NCBI GenBank assembly: GCA_019744975.1
Contig: JAIETP010000008.1
Span: 73,144-137,143 of the forward strand
DNA: 64,000 nucleotides
Source of the DNA: Burkholderiales bacterium
GTDB lineage: Bacteria > Pseudomonadota > Gammaproteobacteria > Burkholderiales > SG8-41
Direction: 5' to 3'
Shown here: positions 55,295 to 63,309 of the stretch, piece by piece
How the letters are laid out: each line of letters starts with the position of its first letter
Numbering within the stretch: the stretch's first letter is position 1
Program-made: the position numbers and the translations under genes
Notes under the pieces: generated by a model
Database searches by the model: none
Told to the model about the DNA's origin: nothing
The model's input: the letters and a program-made list of their open reading frames with translations, nothing else

Positions 55295-55307
55295 ATGCCG
55301 CCCGCAA

Positions 55308-55982
55308 TCATTGCGGCAGCTGCTTTTTCAACTCTTTCATCCATGCCGCGGCCCGGTTGTCGGCTTCCCGTTTCAGCGTCCCGGACAGTCCGGCGGCCAG
55401 CGCGGCGAGATTGCGTTCCGCATATTCGTCACCTTGTAGCGTGGCGACTTTGACCCAGAAATAAGCCTCCTGCGGATTGCGCTCGATGCCCTTGCCCTCG
55501 TGCAGGAGCAGGCCCAGATTGTACTGCGCCTGCACATGGCCGCGGCGCGCTGCTTCACGGAACCAGCGCGCGGCGCGCACCGGATCAGCAGCAACACCTT
55601 CGCCCTGCACATAGGTCAGGCCGAGGTTGAATTGCGCGCCGGGATCGTTTTGCGCGGCGGCAAAATTCCACCAGCGATGTGCCTCGGCCAGGTTTTTGCT
55701 GACGCCGTAGCCGCGCGCGTACATCAGGCCGAGGCTGGTCTGGGCGCGGGGATCGCCGGTTTTGGCCAGCCGCCGGTACCATTCCGCGGCCTTGGTGAAA
55801 TCCTGCTCGGCGCCGTCCTGTCCTGCGTAATAGGCTTCGGCCAGTGCGCGCATCGCCGTGCGGTCTCCGGCGTCGGCGCGCAGGGTGAGGTCATTGATGG
55901 TGATGGGTGATTCTGCTGCCTGTGCGCCGCATGCCACGCAGAGCAGTAACAGTGCGGCCAACCTAAGCGACCACGCGGTCAT
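55308..55982 (-). CDS. Sel1-repeat (SLR/TPR-like) secreted protein
   Basis: I prefer the start at ATG 55982 (MTAWSLRLAALLLLCVACGAQA). It has five or more Sel1 units (A..W..KAA.QG...AQ..LG.MY..G.GV). Confidence 0.85.
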   Translation of the reverse strand: MTAWSLRLAALLLLCVACGAQAAESPITINDLTLRADAGDRTAMRALAEAYYAGQDGAEQDFTKAAEWYRRLAKTGDPRAQTSLGLMYARGYGVSKNLAEAHRWWNFAAAQNDPGAQFNLGLTYVQGEGVAADPVRAARWFREAARRGHVQAQYNLGLLLHEGKGIERNPQEAYFWVKVATLQGDEYAERNLAALAAGLSGTLKREADNRAAAWMKELKKQLPQ

Positions 55983-56487
55983 GGATTTCAAAGCGGTAAT
56001 CGTGGGCATGACGCTCATCCTTGCCAAAACACTTTGTGCTGTGCACACGCCATTGCGCGGCATCGAATTCAGGCATCAGCGTATCGCCGGCCGGTTCGGC
56101 ATCAACGACCGTCAGATAAATGCGGTCGGCCCTGGGCATCGCGGCGCGGTAGAGCTCGCCGCCGCCGATGACGAAGATTTCGCTGTCGCCGGTACACAAC
56201 GCAATGGCTTCATCCAGCGTGTGCGCGATTTTTGCACCGGGAATCGTGTAATTCTTTTGCCGGGTGACAATGACCGTGCTGCGGCCGGGCAGCAGGCGGT
56301 TGATCGACTCGTAGGTCTTGCGGCCCATGATGATGTGGTGGCCCATGGTCACCGACTTGAACAACTGCAGTTCATTGGGCAGGTGCCAGGGAATCTTGCC
56401 GTCGGCGCCGATGATGCGGTTTTTTGCCATGGCGACGATCAGCGAAAGGCGGGATTGAGGATTGGGGATTGAGGATTGAGTGGTCAT
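55963..56487 (-). CDS. folA: dihydrofolate reductase with repeat-encoded N-terminal extension
   Basis: LSLIVAMAKNRIIGADGKIPWHLPNELQLFK aligns with the E. coli DHFR N-terminus (ISLIAALAVDRVIG...PW.LP.DL.WFK). The 12 extra N-terminal residues are encoded by GATTGRG heptamer repeats. Confidence 0.92.
   Translation of the reverse strand: MTTQSSIPNPQSRLSLIVAMAKNRIIGADGKIPWHLPNELQLFKSVTMGHHIIMGRKTYESINRLLPGRSTVIVTRQKNYTIPGAKIAHTLDEAIALCTGDSEIFVIGGGELYRAAMPRADRIYLTVVDAEPAGDTLMPEFDAAQWRVHSTKCFGKDERHAHDYRFEIHDRVVA
56451..56480. repeat. GATTGRG heptamer tandem repeat; contains the left arm (56459-56474) of an inverted repeat
   Basis: gggattgaggattggggattgaggattgag. ggattggggattgagg is 15/16 complementary to cctcaatccgcaatcc at 56863-56878. 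Confidence 0.85.
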
Positions 56488-56852
56488 AAAGGATCGTCCA
56501 CTTTTATTTTCAGTGATTTTTGCAATCCACTCAGCATTTTTCCGATTTCATTAGTGCGTGCAAGGAGGGCGTCTGCCAAGGCCTGATCCAGATAATTCTG
56601 ACGTAGCGAAATCGCAATCAACGTTTCTACTTCCATCAGGGAGCCAAAGGCGATGGATAAATGGTTCATGTAAGCATTGGTATATTTTCTGCCATGACCT
56701 TCCGCGATATTGCTTGGAACAGAGACTGCGGCGCGCCGCAGTTGGCTGCATAAGCCGAATTGTTCATTTGATGGAAAACGTCCGGTAGTCAGGTATACGG
56801 CATCTGTGAGATCCATAGCTTTTTGCCAGACCTTGAGGTCACGGTATTTCAT
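56484..56852 (-). CDS. four-helix-bundle protein (23S rRNA intervening-sequence protein family)
   Basis: 122 aa. YRDLKVWQKAMDL...FGLCSQLRRAAVSVPSNIAEGHGR is the family signature. GC is about 45% against about 63% in the flanks. Its stop overlaps the folA start (ATGA). Confidence 0.88.
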   Translation of the reverse strand: MKYRDLKVWQKAMDLTDAVYLTTGRFPSNEQFGLCSQLRRAAVSVPSNIAEGHGRKYTNAYMNHLSIAFGSLMEVETLIAISLRQNYLDQALADALLARTNEIGKMLSGLQKSLKIKVDDPL

Positions 56853-56862
56853 GGCACCACCA

Positions 56863-56878
56863 CCTCAATCCGCAATCC
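56863..56878. repeat. right arm of the inverted repeat flanking the four-helix-bundle gene
   Basis: cctcaatccgcaatcc is the reverse complement of ggattgcggattgagg, which matches 56459-56474 at 15/16. It includes the likely Shine-Dalgarno sequence (GAGG) of the four-helix-bundle gene. Confidence 0.8.
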
Positions 56879-56884
56879 TGAAGT

Positions 56885-57679
56885 TTAAACTGCTACCGGG
56901 GCACGAATGGCCGGATGCGGATCATAGTTTTCCAGCGTGAAGTCTTCGTACTTGAACGTGAACAGGTCCTTGACCGCCGGGTTCAGTTTCATCACCGGCA
57001 GCGGGCGCGGCTCGCGCGAGAGTTGCTCCTTCACCTGATCCATGTGGTTCAGGTAGATGTGCGTGTCGCCGAAGGTGTGCACAAAATCCCCCGGTTTGAG
57101 TCCGCAGACCTGCGCCATCATCAGGGTCAGCAGTGCATAGGACGCGATGTTGAAGGGTACGCCGAGGAACATGTCGGCGCTGCGCTGGTAGAGCTGGCAG
57201 GAGAGTTTGCCGTCGGCGACGTAGAACTGGAAAAACGCGTGACAGGGCATCAGTGCCATCTGGTCGAGCTGGGCGACGTTCCATGCCGACACGATCATGC
57301 GCCGCGAATCGGGGTTTTTACGGAGCTGTTCCAGCACCTGTGTGATCTGGTCGATGTGGCGGCCGTCAGCCGCGGGCCAGGAGCGCCACTGGTAACCATA
57401 CACCGGGCCGAGGTCGCCATCGGCGCGTGCCCATTCATTCCAGATGCTGACGCCGTTGTCTTTCAGGTATTTGACGTTGGTGTCGCCCTTCAGGAACCAC
57501 AGCAGTTCATGGATGATCGACTTCAGGTGTACTTTTTTGGTGGTGACCAGCGGAAAGCCCGCGCTCAAATCAAAACGCAGCTGGGCGCCGAATACGGAAA
57601 CCGTGCCGGTGCCGGTGCGGTCGGATTTGTGCGTGCCGTTTTCAAGCACATGGCGCAGCAGGTCAAGGTAGGGACGCAT
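56885..57679 (-). CDS. thyA: thymidylate synthase (ThyA type)
   Basis: 264 aa. [26 protein letters not shown]..., the catalytic region [13 protein letters not shown] and the C-terminus APVAV. Confidence 0.97.
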   Translation of the reverse strand: MRPYLDLLRHVLENGTHKSDRTGTGTVSVFGAQLRFDLSAGFPLVTTKKVHLKSIIHELLWFLKGDTNVKYLKDNGVSIWNEWARADGDLGPVYGYQWRSWPAADGRHIDQITQVLEQLRKNPDSRRMIVSAWNVAQLDQMALMPCHAFFQFYVADGKLSCQLYQRSADMFLGVPFNIASYALLTLMMAQVCGLKPGDFVHTFGDTHIYLNHMDQVKEQLSREPRPLPVMKLNPAVKDLFTFKYEDFTLENYDPHPAIRAPVAV

Positions 57680-57772
57680 GGCGTATGGTTATGGCATTCA
57701 GTGATTACGCGTCGATTTTAACAGGCTGTGACCGCTATAATCGTCGCGAAATTCACTACGGGAAATTTCACC

Positions 57773-59215
57773 ATGCTGGCCAAGTTGCATACCCAGGGCA
57801 GTCTGCCCGCCGCGCGCGAACTCGCAAAAGCAAAACATCTGTTGATTGTGGCGCCTGCCGGTACCGCGCCGTCAACGCTGCCGCTGGGTGACACACTGGC
57901 CCGTGCCTTGTCCCGCCGCGGCAAAAAAATGCTGGATGCCGCCATCAGTGCGCAGACGCCGGAAGGCGCGCTGGCGGTATGGGTTGCGCCGGACCTGAAA
58001 AAATCCGTATTCGAGCAGCAGACCGCCATGCGCAAGGCGGCCGGTACGCTGCTGGACGAACATCCGGAAGACATCACGGTGCTGGTCTCGGGCCCGGGTA
58101 CATCGCGGCGGGCGCTGGCGGAACTCGCGGCCTATGTACTGTGGGTCAACGGCGCGCCGCTGCCCCAGCGCAAGAAAAAAACCGCAGGGAAACCCTTGCG
58201 CAAGATCCTGATGTGGGGCCACAAGGCGGCTGACGGCTTTGCGCAGGCGCGTGCAGTGGCGGAAGGCAACCAGCTGTGCCGTGAATTGACGGTATTGGCG
58301 CCGAACGAGCTGACGCCCGGCGCCTACCGCCAGCGTTTGCGCGGCATCGCGCGCGAATATGGCTGGACGCGCGAAGAGTATGACTACAACAAACTGAAAC
58401 GCATGGGCGCCGGTGCATTCTGCGCGGTGGCGCAGGGCAGCGATGAGGATGACGCGGCCATCGTGCGCCTGCGTTACCGGCCGCGTGGCGCGAAAAAAAC
58501 CGTGGCGCTGGTCGGCAAGGGCATCTGCTTCGACACCGGCGGCCATAACTTGAAGCCCGCCCGTTCTATGCAGGGCATGCACGAAGACATGAACGGCTCG
58601 GCGGTGGCGCTGGGCATTCTCGCCGCGGCGACTGAAGCCAAACTCAAGGTCAACATCGACTGCTGGCTGGCGCTTGCACAGAACCATCTGAGTCCGCGCG
58701 CCTACAAACAGAACGACATTGTCACCGCGCTGAACGGCACCACCATCGAAATCGTGCACACCGACGCCGAAGGCCGCATGGTGCTGGCGGACACGCTGAC
58801 GCTGGCGGCGAAGGCGAAGCCCGGCGTGATGGTCGATTTCGCGACACTGACCGGTTCCATGCATGTCGCGCTGGGCAATCGTTACAGCGGCATCTTCGCG
58901 ACGAGTGACACGCTGGCTGAGCAGGCGTTAAAGGCTGGCGTGGTGAGCGGTGAACGACTTTGTGCGTTTCCGATGGACGAGGATTACGACAGTGCGCTGG
59001 ACAGCGCCGTGGCCGACGTCAAGCAGTGCACATTGGATGGCAACGCTGACCACATCCTTGCTGCGCGACTGCTGCAACGCTTCACCGACAAAACGCCGTG
59101 GATTCACATGGACCTGTCGGCGCACAGTAACAAGGGCGGGCTGGGTGCGGTGGCGACGGATTGCACCGGCTTTGGCGTGGCCTGGGGGACGATGTTTCTG
59201 CGGATGTTTAAATAA
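57773..59215 (+). CDS. M17 leucyl aminopeptidase family protein
   Basis: I prefer the start at ATG 57773 (MLAKLHTQ). It has VGKGICFDTGGHNLK and HTDAEGRMVLAD metal-site motifs. Confidence 0.87.
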   Translation: MLAKLHTQGSLPAARELAKAKHLLIVAPAGTAPSTLPLGDTLARALSRRGKKMLDAAISAQTPEGALAVWVAPDLKKSVFEQQTAMRKAAGTLLDEHPEDITVLVSGPGTSRRALAELAAYVLWVNGAPLPQRKKKTAGKPLRKILMWGHKAADGFAQARAVAEGNQLCRELTVLAPNELTPGAYRQRLRGIAREYGWTREEYDYNKLKRMGAGAFCAVAQGSDEDDAAIVRLRYRPRGAKKTVALVGKGICFDTGGHNLKPARSMQGMHEDMNGSAVALGILAAATEAKLKVNIDCWLALAQNHLSPRAYKQNDIVTALNGTTIEIVHTDAEGRMVLADTLTLAAKAKPGVMVDFATLTGSMHVALGNRYSGIFATSDTLAEQALKAGVVSGERLCAFPMDEDYDSALDSAVADVKQCTLDGNADHILAARLLQRFTDKTPWIHMDLSAHSNKGGLGAVATDCTGFGVAWGTMFLRMFK

Positions 59216-59286
59216 TCAATAAAAACAATTAGTTATTGACTTTTCCGTGTTCACCGGTGCAGTCCTGCCGGTACTGGAGGTACGCG

Positions 59287-61173
59287 GTGACGGAGCACAG
59301 CCAGTTTCGACTGCTGACCGAGCGTCGTTTCGCGCCGTTTTTCGGCGTGCAGTTCCTCGGCGCGATGAATGACAACGTGTTCAAGCAGGCACTGGTGATC
59401 CTGCTTGCGTACCAGGCCGCGGCTTACACCACCTTGTCCACCGACGTGCTGCAGAATTTGGCGCAGGCGCTGTTCATCCTGCCGTTTTTCCTGTTTTCCG
59501 CGACTGCCGGCCAGCTTGCTGACAAATACGAGAAGTCGCGCCTGATCGGCATCACGGTGGCGATCGAACTGGCGGTGATGCTGCTGGGAGCCGCGGGATT
59601 TTTCATGCGCAGTCTGGAATTGTTGTTCGCCGCGCTGTTCCTCGGTGGCGTGCAATCCGCGCTGTTCGGGCCGGTGAAATACGCGATCCTGCCGCAGCAC
59701 CTGCACGAGCATGAACTCATCGGCGGCAACGCGCTGGTCGAAACCGGCACTTCGGTGGCGATCCTCGGCGGCATGATTCTAGGCGGCTGGCTTGTCAGCC
59801 AGCAGGACTGGGGCATTCCCGCGGTGGCGGCGGTGACGGTGCTGATGTCGGCAACCGGTTACGCGCTGAGCCGGCTGATCCCGCTGTCGCCGGCGCCGGC
59901 ACCGGAACTGCGCATCAACTGGAATCCGCTGACCGAAACCTGGCGCAATTTCCATTTCATGCGCGGCAACCGGACGGTGTTCCTGTCGGTGCTGGGCATT
60001 TCCTGGTTCTGGTTTGTTGGTTCGATGTTCCTGACCCAGTTTCCCAATCTGTCGAAAAACATCCTCGCCGGCAGCGAGGGCGTGGTCACGCTGCTGCTGG
60101 TGGTGTTCTCGATCGGCATCGGCCTGGGTTCGCTCCTGTGCGAAAAACTGTCCGGACACAAGATCGAAATCGGCCTGGTGCCCTTCGGTTCGATCGGCAT
60201 CACGCTGTTTGGCATCGATCTGTATTTTGCGCTGGCCGGCCACATCGGCCACGGCCCCGTCGGCCTCAGCGCATTTGCCGCCGAGCCCGGCCACTGGCGC
60301 ATCCTTGCCGACCTCGCGCTGATCGGCGTGTTCGGCGGTTTCTACATCGTGCCGCTTTATGCGCTGATCCAGGCCCGCAGCGAGCCCGCGCACCGCTCGC
60401 GCATCATCGCCGGCAACAACATCCTTAACGCGCTGTTCATGGTGGCCGCGGCCGGCATCGCCATCGGCCTGTTCCAACTGGGCGTCTCCATCCCGCAGTT
60501 GTTCCTGGTCACTGCGGTCCTCAACGCCGTCGTCGCGCTGTACATCTACACGCTGGTGCCGGAATTCCTGATGCGCTTCATCGTGTGGCTGCTGATTCAC
60601 ACGGTATACCGGCTTGACAAGACTGGTCTGGAGCACATTCCTGAGCAGGGCGGAGCGGTATTGGTGTGCAATCACGTGAGCTTCGTCGATGCGCTGATCA
60701 TCGCCGCCGCCTGCCGCCGGCCAATCCGCTTCGTGATGGATCACCGCATTTTTCGCGTGCCGGTGCTGAGCTTCGTGTTCCGCACCGGCCGCTGCATCCC
60801 GATCGCGCCGGCGAAGGAAGACGCGCAGATGCTGGAGCGTGCCTACGACGAAATCGCCCGCGCACTGGAAGCGGGTGACCTGATCGGTATTTTCCCGGAA
60901 GGGCGCATCACCGACACCGGTGAGCTGTCTCCTTTTCGCTCCGGTATCCGGCGCATCATCGAACGCACACCGGTGCCGGTAATACCGCTGGCGCTGCGTG
61001 GTCTGTGGGGCAGTTTTTTCAGCCGCAAGGACGGCGCTGCGATGACCAAACCCTGGCGTGCACGGCCGCTGGCGAAAATCGCGCTGGCGGCAGCACCCGC
61101 GGTGCTGCCATCCGGTGTCTCGCCGGAAGACCTGCAGGCGCGGGTGCTGGCGTTGCGCGGTGACTGGAAATGA
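59287..61173 (+). CDS. fusion of lysophospholipid transporter LplT (MFS) and a PlsC-type acyltransferase domain
   Basis: N-terminal ~12-TM MFS domain (FRLLTERRFAPFFGVQFLGAMNDNVFKQAL). The C-terminal acyltransferase domain has NHVSFVDA (HX4D) and FPEGRIT. A GTG start at 59287 is likely. No acyl-ACP synthetase domain is present. Confidence 0.85.
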   Translation: MTEHSQFRLLTERRFAPFFGVQFLGAMNDNVFKQALVILLAYQAAAYTTLSTDVLQNLAQALFILPFFLFSATAGQLADKYEKSRLIGITVAIELAVMLLGAAGFFMRSLELLFAALFLGGVQSALFGPVKYAILPQHLHEHELIGGNALVETGTSVAILGGMILGGWLVSQQDWGIPAVAAVTVLMSATGYALSRLIPLSPAPAPELRINWNPLTETWRNFHFMRGNRTVFLSVLGISWFWFVGSMFLTQFPNLSKNILAGSEGVVTLLLVVFSIGIGLGSLLCEKLSGHKIEIGLVPFGSIGITLFGIDLYFALAGHIGHGPVGLSAFAAEPGHWRILADLALIGVFGGFYIVPLYALIQARSEPAHRSRIIAGNNILNALFMVAAAGIAIGLFQLGVSIPQLFLVTAVLNAVVALYIYTLVPEFLMRFIVWLLIHTVYRLDKTGLEHIPEQGGAVLVCNHVSFVDALIIAAACRRPIRFVMDHRIFRVPVLSFVFRTGRCIPIAPAKEDAQMLERAYDEIARALEAGDLIGIFPEGRITDTGELSPFRSGIRRIIERTPVPVIPLALRGLWGSFFSRKDGAAMTKPWRARPLAKIALAAAPAVLPSGVSPEDLQARVLALRGDWK

Positions 61174-61186
61174 ATCATGTCCACCG

Positions 61187-61387
61187 TCAACCGCGCTTTT
61201 TGTCCCAGACGTAACGCGCCAGCCGCTGCCAGCGGTTTTGCGGCTGTTTGAGCGCGTTGGGCGCACGGCCGGCCTGATCACGGGCATGGCTTTGTTTCAC
61301 CAGTTCATGCAGTTCACGCATGTTCAGTCCGCCGGGACCTTTGATTTTTTCGGGGTCTGGTTTCTCAGAGTCGGGTTTGTCGCTCAT
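61187..61387 (-). CDS. small basic hypothetical protein (66 aa)
   Basis: The ORF fills the gap between the lplT-plsC fusion and aroC. The composition is not shadow-like (Lys/Glu/Pro-rich N-terminus, basic C-terminus). I recognise no family. Confidence 0.4.
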   Translation of the reverse strand: MSDKPDSEKPDPEKIKGPGGLNMRELHELVKQSHARDQAGRAPNALKQPQNRWQRLARYVWDKKRG

Positions 61388-61465
61388 TCGGGGCCTCGGC
61401 AGTCATGACGGCTATGTTAAACTTCGTGCTTGATTTTAATGGAGTTTTTCAGGGGGTTTTGAATA

Positions 61466-62629
61466 ATGTCGGGCAGCACGCTGGGTACCCTGTTCTGCGT
61501 CACTTCTTTCGGCGAATCACACGGGCCGGCGATCGGCTGCGTGGTCGACGGCTGTCCGCCGGGAATGGCACTGAGCGAAGCCGACATCCAGCTTGAACTC
61601 GACCGCCGCAAACCCGGTACCTCGCGCCATGTCACGCAGCGGCGCGAAGAAGACAAGGTTGAAATCCTCTCCGGCGTGTTCGAGGGTAAAACCACCGGCA
61701 CGCCCATCGGCCTCTTGATCCGCAATACCGACCAGCGCAGCAAGGATTACGGCAAGATCAAGGACCTGTTCCGTCCGGGGCATGCCGATTACACCTACTG
61801 GCAGAAATACGGCATCCGCGATTACCGCGGCGGCGGCCGCCAGTCGGCGCGCGAGACCGCAGTGCGCGTGGCCGCGGGCGCGATCGCGAAAAAATGGCTC
61901 AATGAAAAATACGGCACGGTGATCCGCGGCTATATGTCGCAGCTGGGTCCCGTCGAGATCCCGTTCGTCACCTGGGATGAAGTCGGCAACAATCCCTTCT
62001 TCGCGCCCAATGCGCAGATCGTCGATGAACTCGAGACTTTCATGGACAAGCTGCGCAAGTCCGGGGATTCCGTCGGCGCGAAAATCACCACGGTCGCGAC
62101 CCGCGTGCCGGTGGGACTCGGCGAGCCGGTGTACGACAAGCTTGACGCCGACATTGCTTACAACATGATGAGCATCAACGCGGTGAAGGGGGTCGAGATC
62201 GGCGCCGGTTTCGCCGCGATTGCGCAAAGGGGCACGGAGCACTCCGACGAAATGACGCCCCAAGGTTTTGTCAGCAACAACGCCGGCGGCGTACTCGGCG
62301 GCATTTCGACCGGGCAGGACATTATCGTCAACGTCGCGGTGAAACCGACCTCGAGCATCCGTCTCGCGCGCCACACCATCGACACTGCGGGCAAGGCGGC
62401 GATGATCGAAACCCACGGCCGCCACGATCCCTGTGTCGGCATCCGTGCAACGCCGATCTGCGAGGCGATGCTGGCGCTGACGCTGATGGATCACGCCTTG
62501 CGCCAACGTGCGCAGAACGCGGATGTGAATACCGGCACGCCGGTGATTGCGGCGCAGGCGCCGCAGTCGGTGATCGACAAACTGCGCACGGCGGCAGCGG
62601 CGGAAAATCCGGATCCCGACGAAGCCTGA
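61466..62629 (+). CDS. aroC: chorismate synthase
   Basis: 387 aa. [32 protein letters not shown] and [10 protein letters not shown] signatures. Confidence 0.97.
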   Translation: MSGSTLGTLFCVTSFGESHGPAIGCVVDGCPPGMALSEADIQLELDRRKPGTSRHVTQRREEDKVEILSGVFEGKTTGTPIGLLIRNTDQRSKDYGKIKDLFRPGHADYTYWQKYGIRDYRGGGRQSARETAVRVAAGAIAKKWLNEKYGTVIRGYMSQLGPVEIPFVTWDEVGNNPFFAPNAQIVDELETFMDKLRKSGDSVGAKITTVATRVPVGLGEPVYDKLDADIAYNMMSINAVKGVEIGAGFAAIAQRGTEHSDEMTPQGFVSNNAGGVLGGISTGQDIIVNVAVKPTSSIRLARHTIDTAGKAAMIETHGRHDPCVGIRATPICEAMLALTLMDHALRQRAQNADVNTGTPVIAAQAPQSVIDKLRTAAAAENPDPDEA

Positions 62630-62635
62630 TCTCCC

Positions 62636-63217
62636 ATGGCCAGTGCAGTCAGGATTTATCGTTTGCACGTGGCCGTTGAGCACATCGCGCCGGCGATCTG
62701 GCGTGAAGTCGAAGTGCCGTCGAACATGACCCTCACAGGCCTGCATGGCGTCATGCAGGCGCTGATGGGCTGGCATGACGCCCACCTGTGGGCGTTCGAG
62801 CACAATGACCAGCGGTTCGAGCCGGCTGATCCTGATGCATCAGCGCCACTGCAACCGGCAGTCGATCCTGATCAGCTAACGCTCGGCACACTGTTGGCGA
62901 GCCGGGGAGATGGGCTGCGCTACAACTACGATTTCGGCGATGACTGGTGGCTCGGGATCAAGGTGGTGTCGGTTGGAAAGCCGCAGCCGAAGCTGCGCTA
63001 TCCGCGTTGTCTTGCCGGCGAGCGCGCAGGGCCACCGGAAGACTGCGGTGGGCCGCCAGGATTTGAGGAATTGCTGGCGGCACGCAAGAATTCCCGCAGC
63101 AGGCAGGCCAAAGAACTGCTTGCCTGGGCCGGGCCTGACTGGGACCCGGAAAAGTTCGACCTGACATTGACCAGTAAATCGCTCGCTGCATTGCCCGCAC
63201 CGCGCCGGCTGCATTAG
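62636..63217 (+). CDS. plasmid pRiA4b ORF-3-like (PF07929-type) protein
   Basis: YRLHVAVEHIAPAIWREVEVPSNMTLTGLHGVMQALMGWHDAHLWAF, YNYDFGDDWW and CLAGERAGPPEDCGG match the family pattern as I recall it. Confidence 0.85.
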   Translation: MASAVRIYRLHVAVEHIAPAIWREVEVPSNMTLTGLHGVMQALMGWHDAHLWAFEHNDQRFEPADPDASAPLQPAVDPDQLTLGTLLASRGDGLRYNYDFGDDWWLGIKVVSVGKPQPKLRYPRCLAGERAGPPEDCGGPPGFEELLAARKNSRSRQAKELLAWAGPDWDPEKFDLTLTSKSLAALPAPRRLH

Positions 63218-63309
63218 GATGCCGCCATGGCCAAATATATGATCCGGCATGGTATCAGCCGCAATTTTACGGTTTCGATTTGGCCTTATGAAGAAGGTCA
63301 TACCAGCCT

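Noticed and set aside
59779-62803. Minus-strand ORFs 59779..61287 (502 aa) and 61517..62803 (428 aa).
   Set aside because: They are antisense to the LplT-PlsC fusion and to aroC respectively and have shadow-ORF composition.
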